Positions 50,447 to 59,066 of a stretch of DNA of 64,000 nucleotides are shown piece by piece. Numbering within the stretch: the first letter of the stretch is position 1; every line of letters starts with the position of its first letter. The position numbers were made by a program, and so were the translations under genes. This stretch comes from Methyloligella sp. (GTDB lineage Bacteria > Pseudomonadota > Alphaproteobacteria > Rhizobiales > HXMU1428-3): NCBI GenBank assembly GCA_021604645.1, contig BQJJ01000003.1, positions 176,551 to 240,550 of the forward strand, written 5' to 3'. Below the pieces are notes generated by a model. The model saw only the letters and a program-made list of their open reading frames with translations, made no database searches and had not been told where the DNA came from.

Positions 50447-50908
50447 ATGAAAATTGTTGTTAATGGACAAGAAACCGAAGTGGATGTTTCTTCTGATATG
50501 CCGCTTTTGTGGGTTTTGCGAGATGAATTAAATATCACCGGCACAAAATATGGGTGTGGTATTGCTCAATGCGGTGCTTGTACAGTTCATGTTGATGGGG
50601 TGGCTGTTCGCTCATGCCAGTTAGCAATAGGCGACCTTAAAGGGGAGGTCACAACAATTGAGGGGGTGGGGACACCTTCTTCTTTGCATGTGGTTCAAGA
50701 CGCATGGATTGAACATCAGGTTGCACAATGTGGGTATTGTCAATCTGGACAGATAATGCAGGCGGCGTATCTTTTGGATAAAAACCCTACCCCCACAGAT
50801 GATGATATTGATTTAGCGATGTCTGGTAACCTTTGTCGTTGTGGGACTTACCCCCGGATAAGAGCAGCTATTAGAGCTGCTTCAAAACAACTTGCTAAGG
50901 GGGAATAA
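50447..50908 (+). CDS. iorA: IorA-like 2x[2Fe-2S] small subunit (probable ATG 50447)
   Basis: [28 protein letters not shown]. Confidence 0.88.
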   Translation: MKIVVNGQETEVDVSSDMPLLWVLRDELNITGTKYGCGIAQCGACTVHVDGVAVRSCQLAIGDLKGEVTTIEGVGTPSSLHVVQDAWIEHQVAQCGYCQSGQIMQAAYLLDKNPTPTDDDIDLAMSGNLCRCGTYPRIRAAIRAASKQLAKGE

Positions 50909-50909
50909 T

Positions 50910-53165
50910 ATGGGACGTTTGGGGACAATTACAAAGCGTACTTTTCTGGTTGGATCTGCAGCTGTGGCTGGGGGCATTGCTTTTGGTTTATATAAGCTGG
51001 CAACCCCTCAGGAGAACCCACTAGAAGAGGGGCTTCTTGAAAATGCGGCGACCTTTAATCCTTGGATTTTAATCGACAGTGAAAAAATAACCTTGATTAC
51101 ACCGCATGGTGATAAGGGGCAGGGCGTGACGTCTATGCAGGCAGCACTTTTGGCTGAGGAGCTGGATGTTGAGTTTGGTCAGTTTGAGACCAGCTTTGGT
51201 CAACCAAGCGCTGCTTATTGGAACACAGCCATGGCTGATGAGGGCGTACCTTTCATGGCGACAGATAAAAGTTTTAAAGCTGATGCTATGCGTGATGTAA
51301 TGGGCGGCGTGATGAAGCTTATGGGGATGCAAGGCACGGGCGGTTCAACATCTACACCTGATAGTTATGAGAAATTGCGCATAGCTGGGGCAATGGCACG
51401 TGAGACTTTAAAATTAACTGCCAGTAAAAAATTTAAAACTCCCCTTGATCAGTTAAAAACCAAGAATGCTGCTGTTATTTTTCCTGGTGGAAAAATTGTG
51501 AAATATACTGAACTTGCGGTAGATGCAGCCCAAATTGCCCCTGTTCAGGATGTTCAGCTTCGAGATCCCAGTGAGTGGCGTTTGGTTGGGAGGCCAATGA
51601 AGCGGGTAGATATTGTAGAGAAATCTACGGGTACACTGAAATATGGTATCGACCAGACTATGAAAGATATGGTTTATGCGACCGTTAAGGTCAACCCGCG
51701 TCAGGGTGGTGGTATAAAACGTTATGATGCAAGTACAGCTGAAACCATGAGGGGTGTTAAAAAGATTTTGCCCGTGACCAATGGTGTTGCGGTGATAGCT
51801 AGCAACACTTGGTATGCGATACAAGCGGCCGAAGAGATTGAGTTTGAATGGGAGCCGGCGCCTTACCCAGCTGAACAAAAAGATCATTGGGCAGAGATTT
51901 CTAAATCGTTTGTTGAAGAAAAGCTTGATAGTGAATGGCGCAATGATGGTGATGTTGAGCAAGCTCTTAGTGCACGGGAAGTCATCTCTCGGGAATATCG
52001 CTCTCCTTATGTTGCTCATGCTCCGCTTGAACCTTTGAATGTCCTTATTCGAGTTTCTGCTGAAAAAGTTGAAATTTGGAGTGGGCATCAGATGCCTCGG
52101 ATGTTGCAAAAGATTGTAGCAAAAGTGACCGGGCATAATGCTGATCAGGTTACCTTTCATAATCTTTATATGGGAGGTAGTTTTGGTCACCGGTTAGAAA
52201 TGGAGCACCTTAAATTGGCGGCGGAGATTGCGAACCAAATGCGCGGTGTGCCGATTAAGCTGACTTATAGCCGAGAAGAAGACTTTGCGCATGATTTTCC
52301 TCGTCATATTGCTATGGGGCGCGGTAAAGGGACTGTGAAAGATGGGAAGGTTGAAGCCATTGATCTTGAGATAGCAGCTCCTTCTGTGATTAATTCTCAA
52401 ATGGGGCGCGCTGGGTTGAGTATTCCCGGGCCTGATGCGCAAATTGCAGCCGGTGCCTGGAATAATCCTTATCAATTTCCCAATTATCGTATGCGGGCCT
52501 ACCGGGTTGATGAACTTGCTCCTGTTTCTTCCTGGCGCTCTGTTGGTGCTGCTGGAGCGGGCTTTATATTTGATAGTTTCCTAGATGAACTTATTCATGA
52601 AGCTGGAGCAGACCCGATGGCTGAGCGCATTCGATTAATGGGAGACAAAACCTCTCGGACTGTATTGGAGACTGTTGCTGAGATGTGTTCATGGAACACA
52701 AAATTGGGGGCCACCAAACTTGGTGAGAATAAAGGGCGCGGGGTGGCTTTTGTAGAAAGTTTTGGTGTGCCTGTTGCTGAAGTGGTTGAGGTGACAAACA
52801 CTGAGGATGGACTTAAAATTGATAAGGTGTGGATTGCTTGTGATGTTGGGCGAATTATAGACCCTGTTAATTTTGAAAACCTTGTGCAAGGCGGGGTTAT
52901 ATTTGGACTTGGCCATGCAATGAATTGTGAAATCACCTACTCTGATGGAATGGCAGAGCAATCTAACTATGACAGTCATGATGGAATGCGTATGTCGCAG
53001 TGTCCTGAGATATTTGTTAAGGGGTTGGAGAATGGATCTAAGGTTCGTGGCATTGGCGAGCCCCCTGTTCCGCCAGCAGCACCAGCTTTGGCAAATGCTA
53101 TTTTTGCCGCCACTGGTAAGCGCCTTAGAGAAATGCCTTTTAATAAGCATATTGATTTTGTTTAA
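50910..53165 (+). CDS. iorB: IorB-like molybdopterin oxidoreductase large subunit (ATG 50910)
   Basis: Tat-like TKRTFL, GDKGQG, GGSFGHR, SWRSVG, GIGEPPVPP. Confidence 0.88.
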   Translation: MGRLGTITKRTFLVGSAAVAGGIAFGLYKLATPQENPLEEGLLENAATFNPWILIDSEKITLITPHGDKGQGVTSMQAALLAEELDVEFGQFETSFGQPSAAYWNTAMADEGVPFMATDKSFKADAMRDVMGGVMKLMGMQGTGGSTSTPDSYEKLRIAGAMARETLKLTASKKFKTPLDQLKTKNAAVIFPGGKIVKYTELAVDAAQIAPVQDVQLRDPSEWRLVGRPMKRVDIVEKSTGTLKYGIDQTMKDMVYATVKVNPRQGGGIKRYDASTAETMRGVKKILPVTNGVAVIASNTWYAIQAAEEIEFEWEPAPYPAEQKDHWAEISKSFVEEKLDSEWRNDGDVEQALSAREVISREYRSPYVAHAPLEPLNVLIRVSAEKVEIWSGHQMPRMLQKIVAKVTGHNADQVTFHNLYMGGSFGHRLEMEHLKLAAEIANQMRGVPIKLTYSREEDFAHDFPRHIAMGRGKGTVKDGKVEAIDLEIAAPSVINSQMGRAGLSIPGPDAQIAAGAWNNPYQFPNYRMRAYRVDELAPVSSWRSVGAAGAGFIFDSFLDELIHEAGADPMAERIRLMGDKTSRTVLETVAEMCSWNTKLGATKLGENKGRGVAFVESFGVPVAEVVEVTNTEDGLKIDKVWIACDVGRIIDPVNFENLVQGGVIFGLGHAMNCEITYSDGMAEQSNYDSHDGMRMSQCPEIFVKGLENGSKVRGIGEPPVPPAAPALANAIFAATGKRLREMPFNKHIDFV

Positions 53166-53186
53166 CCGCTGGTTTGAAACTTATTC

Positions 53187-54887
53187 TCAGCCATCAATAA
53201 TTTCTTCTAAACGTTCATATTCATTCTCTCTATATTTATCTATGAGGCTTGTGATTTCATCTGTGCTTACATCAAGGGAAGAGAGGATGACGCTGCCGAG
53301 TTGAAGGCTGGATTCTGCCGCTTCTGATACAATGGCGGTTGCGCCAACTGTTTCTAGGTGTTGTATATGTTTGCGGTCTCTTGCCCTTACATAAATGGGC
53401 AGATCTTTATATTGTGCTCTTAAAGCTGCAACTGTTCGGCTAGCTGTTGCCTGGTCATCGAGAGTGACGACGACGCTTGTTGCTCTAGAAATTCCAGCGG
53501 CTTCCAATACTTTTATTTGACTGGCATCTCCATAGTAAACTTGCATGGTTTTGCCACGGCATTTTTTAACTCGGTTTTGATCTAGGTCGAGGGCGACATA
53601 AGAATAACCTGCGTCTGAGACAACTTTTGCTACAGTTTGGCCAACACGGCCAAAACCAGCAATGAGGATGTGATTGTTGAGATTTTGTATTTCCTCATCA
53701 ATTGGGTCTGGTTCAGCATTTGTTTTTTTGTCTATCAAGTTTGATATTTTTTCGCCGGCTAAAAACATCAATGGTGTTAAGAGCATGGTAATGGCGATGA
53801 CGGCTAGTAAGATTTGAGTGATGTGCGGTGAGATGATTTTAAGAGCTAATGCTGCGCCAAAAAGTACAAAACCAAATTCACCACCTTGTGAGAGGGCAAA
53901 GCCTGTTCTGATTGAGGTGCTAAAAGGCATTTTGAATAATCTGCATAGACACGTGATGATGATCATTTTTCCGATCAGAAGGCTGATAACAATTAAGGTG
54001 ATGGTGCCTAGATTGTTAAATATGAAAAACACATCAATTAACATACCGATGGTCATGAAGAAGAGCCCAAGGAGTATGCCTCTGAAGGGTTTTATGTCTG
54101 CTTCGATTTGATGTTTGTATTCTGTTTCAGCCAGGAGGACACCTGCAAGCAGCGCGCCTAATTCCATTGAAAGCCCTGCTTGTGACATAGCCCAGCCCAT
54201 TCCAAGAACGATGAGTAATGTGGTTGAGACAAAGAGCTCTGAATTTCGTGTTGCGGCAATGACGTGAAATAAAGGCCGCAGAAAGTAACGGCCAAAGCCG
54301 ATTATTAGCAAGAGCGCAATGCCTCCCTTTAAAGCTGACATGCTAAAGGCTTCGAGAAAGGATGTTTCGTTTGATCCAAGCAAGGTAACTAGAAGGAGTA
54401 GGGGGACAACTGCCAGATCTTGTAAGAGAAGAATGGAGAAAGTTGTAAGACCGTAAGGTGTGGCACGTTCGCTGCGCTCTGTTAAAAGTTGAAGCACGAA
54501 GGCTGTTGAGGAGAGTGCTAAGCCACCACCGATAATTGTTGCGGCATTTATGTTTAGCCCCAACGCCCAAGCTATACTTCCAATTAGGCTGCCTGTAATG
54601 AGGACTTGAAGAGAGCCTAGTCCAAAGACTTTCCAGCCAAGTGTTTTTAATCTCTCGATAGAGAGTTCTAGTCCGATCATAAAAAGCAGGAAAACAACGC
54701 CGAATTCTGCAAATTTATGTGAAGCTTCTGTGTCTTCAATAAGTGCGAAACTGTGAGGGCCGATTATGAGGCCAGCTGTGAGGTATCCAAGTATTGGACT
54801 TAGACCAAGTCGGCGAAAAATAGGGACGGCGATCACTGCAGCTGATAGGAAAATCAGGACATCAAAAAGATCGTTTGAATGGTGCAC
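53187..54887 (-). CDS. CPA2 (Kef-type) K+/H+ antiporter with KTN domain (GTG start)
   Basis: AEFGVVFLLFMIGLE, LLLQDLAVVP, SQGGEFGF, IAGFGRVGQ. Confidence 0.92.
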   Translation of the reverse strand: MHHSNDLFDVLIFLSAAVIAVPIFRRLGLSPILGYLTAGLIIGPHSFALIEDTEASHKFAEFGVVFLLFMIGLELSIERLKTLGWKVFGLGSLQVLITGSLIGSIAWALGLNINAATIIGGGLALSSTAFVLQLLTERSERATPYGLTTFSILLLQDLAVVPLLLLVTLLGSNETSFLEAFSMSALKGGIALLLIIGFGRYFLRPLFHVIAATRNSELFVSTTLLIVLGMGWAMSQAGLSMELGALLAGVLLAETEYKHQIEADIKPFRGILLGLFFMTIGMLIDVFFIFNNLGTITLIVISLLIGKMIIITCLCRLFKMPFSTSIRTGFALSQGGEFGFVLFGAALALKIISPHITQILLAVIAITMLLTPLMFLAGEKISNLIDKKTNAEPDPIDEEIQNLNNHILIAGFGRVGQTVAKVVSDAGYSYVALDLDQNRVKKCRGKTMQVYYGDASQIKVLEAAGISRATSVVVTLDDQATASRTVAALRAQYKDLPIYVRARDRKHIQHLETVGATAIVSEAAESSLQLGSVILSSLDVSTDEITSLIDKYRENEYERLEEIIDG

Positions 54888-54961
54888 GCTTTGCTCTCCA
54901 ACCTCTTATGGTCATGTCTTTTTATGATACCAAAGATATAGCTTCTCTTTTAATTTTTTTC

Positions 54962-54975
54962 TTGATGTAAATCAA
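54962..54975. promoter_or_regulatory. FNR/FixK/CRP-family box
   Basis: Perfect TTGAT-GTAA-ATCAA upstream of the Kef gene. Confidence 0.7.
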
Positions 54976-55026
54976 AATAAATCTTCAGAAGATGAGGGGG
55001 GCATTAGTGGTTTTTTATTTTTTCAA

Positions 55027-56442
55027 TTAGTCTGCGTTTTGTACAGATAGAAGACGCTGGTGTTTGCGCATGGCATTTTGGGCATCTTTTAGGGTAATGA
55101 TCCCTTGTGCTTTTAGGATGGGGAGTAGTTTTAAAAAGACTTCAGCTGTTGCGATGGCGTCACCTAAAGCTGTGTGCCTTACTTTTTCTTCTATGGTTAT
55201 GTTCAATCTCTCGGCAATGGCATCTAATGTGTGAGTGGCACTTTGGCCATAAATGGCTGCTGATAGTAAAACTGTGTCTAGAACGGGATGGTCGAAGGTA
55301 AGGCCAGTTTTGCTTTCTTCTCTTTTGAAAAAAGCCAGATCAAACGGGGCGTTATGAGCAACGAGAATTGCATTATTGCTGAAGGCATGAAAATTTTTAG
55401 CGGCCTGGGTAAACAAAGGTGCTCCTTTGACCATGGCATCTGTTATGCCATGTATTTTTGTTGAAGCTGTGGGGATTAGTCTTTTGGGATCTACATAAGT
55501 GTCAAAGACTTCTCCATTAATTTGCTGCCCACTTAAAACCCTAACCGCCCCGATTTGAATAACATCATCTGTTTTGGTTGATAGCCCTGTTGTTTCTGTG
55601 TCGAATATAACAAAACAGAGATCGCTGAGGTTTGTTGAAGCTTGTTGTTTATTTGCCAAGTGTTCTGAAATATCAAAATCGAAGACTAAGGGGCGGGGGG
55701 CTAGGCCGTGATCCCTTGCGCTTAGAACTATTACTAAGCCAAGATTATCTTCTAACAGTCTTACAGTGGCTTCAAAATCAATGGATTTATCTGAGCTGGG
55801 TAAGCGTATATCCTGGACGGCTCCTGGTTTTTGTTCACTTAACTGTTGTTTCACTTCGCTCAATGTTTTTTTGCAGAAGTAGTCGGTAATTGGTTGGCCA
55901 AGAGCGAGGGGGTGATAGTTTTCAAATGCAGCAGCTGATTGCCCGTCATAGAGTGAGACTTGCCCATTTTCACCGACTAAAATTACACCAAGAGGTATTT
56001 CAGAGAGGACTTTGGTGAGGTGCGCTTTTTCTGTTTCTAACTGTGCAGTTTTACGAGCGATTTCTTCAGCTGTTTGATATTTTGTTTCTGATAGTCTTTG
56101 GGTAACAGCCGCAGCTGCTGATGATAGATCTCCTAAATAACGACCCGTTTTCGTATCGACTTCATCTGTTGTATCTGTATGAGCATTAACTCGTAAATTA
56201 GCGGCGAGCTGTTCGATCGCTTTGGCTATGTTTTCATCAAACAAGAGCCAGATAAAAACAGAAAGTCCTAAAATTCCAAAGCTAGAATAGATGCCGGCAT
56301 TTATAAATGCTGAAAATAGTTCGGGAGAGGTGAGGCGGCTGTAACTTAGCCATAAGGCAAATGCGACAATGGCTATTGACCCAAGTGCTAAAAGGGCAAA
56401 AAACAGTAAAATTCTAAGTCTTAAACTTAAGTTTTTTAACAT
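55027..56442 (-). CDS. 2TM-HAMP-like-PAS-like-DEDDh 3'-5' exonuclease fusion (probable ATG 56442)
   Basis: Two N-terminal TMs; VLSEIPLGVILV PAS-like start; FDTETTGL, AHNAPFD, HTALGDA. Confidence 0.85.
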   Translation of the reverse strand: MLKNLSLRLRILLFFALLALGSIAIVAFALWLSYSRLTSPELFSAFINAGIYSSFGILGLSVFIWLLFDENIAKAIEQLAANLRVNAHTDTTDEVDTKTGRYLGDLSSAAAAVTQRLSETKYQTAEEIARKTAQLETEKAHLTKVLSEIPLGVILVGENGQVSLYDGQSAAAFENYHPLALGQPITDYFCKKTLSEVKQQLSEQKPGAVQDIRLPSSDKSIDFEATVRLLEDNLGLVIVLSARDHGLAPRPLVFDFDISEHLANKQQASTNLSDLCFVIFDTETTGLSTKTDDVIQIGAVRVLSGQQINGEVFDTYVDPKRLIPTASTKIHGITDAMVKGAPLFTQAAKNFHAFSNNAILVAHNAPFDLAFFKREESKTGLTFDHPVLDTVLLSAAIYGQSATHTLDAIAERLNITIEEKVRHTALGDAIATAEVFLKLLPILKAQGIITLKDAQNAMRKHQRLLSVQNAD

Positions 56443-56450
56443 TTTTTCCC

Positions 56451-56975
56451 CTACCCGCTGTTTTGGCATGCTGTTTTGGTGACCGGATTATCTTTGCCTG
56501 TTTCGTACCATGTGGCGCCTTCAAGACTTCCATCTTCTTTAAAGCGCACACCGTCTGTTAGATCGGCTCTTTTTCCATTTTCACAATCAAAAATGGCTTT
56601 GATGCGGTTTGCAGGTGCCCAACGGCCATAGATAAGTAAATCCAGGATACGTTGATTTGGGAATTTATCGTTTTTTCGAACTGAGAGTTTATCGACAGCG
56701 ATAAAACGATCCACATAAGGAACGAGATATGTCCAGGGGCGATAAAACACAGATTGTTCAACTTTTTGAGCGACGTGAATTCCCTCTGGGAGGGCGTTTG
56801 CAGTTCGGGTATACCAGCTATATTCATTGAAGATTGTGAAACTAATCATGGCGCCGCCTGCCATCACTGGGATGATCCAGCGCGGTAATCGTTTGCCTGT
56901 TAGGTGGTTGGCTATGAGGGCAATGCCTGCGCCAGCAAAGCCCATGGCAAAAGTGGCGATGAGTTCTATAAACAT
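56451..56975 (-). CDS. Conserved hypothetical membrane-anchored protein
   Basis: Two N-terminal hydrophobic helices; soluble domain with two Cys; ends 9 bp before the exonuclease start. Confidence 0.75.
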   Translation of the reverse strand: MFIELIATFAMGFAGAGIALIANHLTGKRLPRWIIPVMAGGAMISFTIFNEYSWYTRTANALPEGIHVAQKVEQSVFYRPWTYLVPYVDRFIAVDKLSVRKNDKFPNQRILDLLIYGRWAPANRIKAIFDCENGKRADLTDGVRFKEDGSLEGATWYETGKDNPVTKTACQNSG

Positions 56976-57136
56976 AACAGCATTCCTTGTCTTTTTTTAA
57001 TTGGTTCTTTTGTTTTCGTTGTTAAAGGACGCTGTGTCCTGTCAGTTTAATTATAGTACCTTTTTTACTAAAGTACGTTTCATTTCTATTTCTATAGAAC
57101 GGCATGTCCTTTTTTTATAGGACGTTACGTTCTTTT

Positions 57137-58963
57137 TTACAGGACGTTACGTCCTTGGGTGGCGGCTGCTTGCATTGTTCTGACAACAACAAATGCGTCT
57201 CTTAAATGGCTTCTTTCGAAATCAGAGAGGTCAGTTGGGCGCATGAAGTTATCTGGCTTTTCGCCGTGTTTTATTTGTTCTGCTTGGTGTTTTAGCCGTG
57301 TTTCGGCTATGAGGTCATACGCATCTATCAGATCATGTCCTCCTGAGGTGCTGATTGTGCCGGCTTCTCTAGCGGCTAGGAGCCTGGCTCTTGTGTTAAC
57401 GGGTATGATTTGTTGTTGCAAGGCGTAGATGCGCCCAAGGTCAACGATGGGGACAACGCCGTTTAACTTTAAATCTATGTGGTGTTTATGCTCACCGGAT
57501 TTTAAAGTGGCAAAGCCTCGTAATAGTCCGAGGGGGGGGGTGTGTGTGATTGAGTTTGCAATCATATGAGCGGTGAAGATGCTATTGGCAGCGGCTTTTT
57601 CTAGTGTTTCAGCCTGTAGCTCTTGATAGAGTTTTTCTGTTCCGCCAATGGGGCGTAGGTCAAACATAACAGATGCCAGCATTTGGGCTTGCTTATCTGG
57701 TTTTGCGATCCAGCCTTCGAAATATGAGCGCCAAACAGATAGGGGTTGCCGCCATTGCTCATTGGTTGCCATCATATCACCTGGGCAATAGACATAGCCG
57801 CATTCATTCAAACCATCGCACACGAAGTGGGATAATTCTTTGAAATATTTTTTATCATTTTCTTTGAGACTGTCATCTAGGATGAGGCAATTGTCTTGAT
57901 CTGAAACGCCGGTTTGTTCCTGGTGCCCTTGGGAGCCGCAGGCCAACCAGAGATAAGGCACTGGCGCTGGGCCGAGTTTTGTTTCGGCTAACTTTAATAA
58001 TCTGCGGGTTGCTGCGTCTGATATATCTGTAATGAGGCGGGTTATAATATCATGTCTATTGCCACTGCCGACCAGATTGGCCAGAAGATGGGGGATGCGT
58101 GCTGTTGCTGACGCCAGTTCAATTGAAGAATTACTTAGGGCAATATCATGGACAAGACTGGCTGAATTATCCGCCTGGAATTTTGTGAGATCTGTTTTGG
58201 TTACGATGCCTAATAGTTTACCACTCGAAGCGATTGGAATGTGACTAATTCTTCTTTCAATCATTAAATGCAAGATGTCTGAACCGATTGAATCTGGGGC
58301 CAGGGTCAAAGGATCTGGGGTCATTATTTCACTAATGGGTCCGTCTGGTGACTTGCTTTCGGCGACGACTTTTTTTGAGATGTCATTTAATGTAACAATC
58401 CCATGTAGTCCTTTTTCATCATGGACTATGAGAGATGAAATGGCGTTATCTCTCATTAAGCGGGCAGCTTCGACTATTTTCATTGAAGGGGGGCAGCTTT
58501 GCAGGGTGGGGGTCATGAGATCTGCTGCCATTGCGCTTGCAAGTGCGTTTGGTTTGTAGTTGTTAACTTTGGCGCGACTTCTTGTGAAAAAGTTTTTAAA
58601 GGGTTGGTGAGTTTTAAATAGATGATCGAATTGTTCTTTGGGGAGTAACAGGAGTGTCGTGTTTTTAGTTGCGACAGCAGTGGTTGCTGCTAAGCCGTTG
58701 GTTAAGAGGCCGCGTTCGCCAAAACTGTTTTTTTCTCGCAGTGTTGATAGATGATCGCCTGTTTCAATGGTGATATCGATACAACCTTTTGCAATGATGT
58801 ATAGGCCCTCTAGTTGCTGACCGCTTTGATAAATTGTTTCGCCATCGTTGAATTGTAGCGTTTTTATTTTTGAGGTGAGGGTTTCTAACTCAGCTTTGGT
58901 GAGAGTATCATAGGGATGGATTTCAGATAAAAAATGATTTGTGTTCATGTTGAAGGGTGTCAC
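57137..58963 (-). CDS. cNMP-binding/CBS/DUF294 nucleotidyltransferase
   Basis: FGERGLL cNMP domain, two CBS domains, WLACGSQG...SDQDNCLI, FFD-like MFDLRPI. Confidence 0.9.
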   Translation of the reverse strand: MTPFNMNTNHFLSEIHPYDTLTKAELETLTSKIKTLQFNDGETIYQSGQQLEGLYIIAKGCIDITIETGDHLSTLREKNSFGERGLLTNGLAATTAVATKNTTLLLLPKEQFDHLFKTHQPFKNFFTRSRAKVNNYKPNALASAMAADLMTPTLQSCPPSMKIVEAARLMRDNAISSLIVHDEKGLHGIVTLNDISKKVVAESKSPDGPISEIMTPDPLTLAPDSIGSDILHLMIERRISHIPIASSGKLLGIVTKTDLTKFQADNSASLVHDIALSNSSIELASATARIPHLLANLVGSGNRHDIITRLITDISDAATRRLLKLAETKLGPAPVPYLWLACGSQGHQEQTGVSDQDNCLILDDSLKENDKKYFKELSHFVCDGLNECGYVYCPGDMMATNEQWRQPLSVWRSYFEGWIAKPDKQAQMLASVMFDLRPIGGTEKLYQELQAETLEKAAANSIFTAHMIANSITHTPPLGLLRGFATLKSGEHKHHIDLKLNGVVPIVDLGRIYALQQQIIPVNTRARLLAAREAGTISTSGGHDLIDAYDLIAETRLKHQAEQIKHGEKPDNFMRPTDLSDFERSHLRDAFVVVRTMQAAATQGRNVL

Positions 58964-59020
58964 GGTTGTTGCTCCCTGAATGTCATGATGATGGTTTCTT
59001 TTTTAAAAATAGTTGATGTT

Positions 59021-59059
59021 TTAAAAAAGAAGAAAGGCGGGCTTTAAGGCCCGCCTTTC
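59021..59059 (-). terminator. Terminator after actP
   Basis: GAAAGGCGGG/CCCGCCTTTC plus T-run on the minus strand. Confidence 0.8.
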
Positions 59060-59066
59060 ATTGTTT

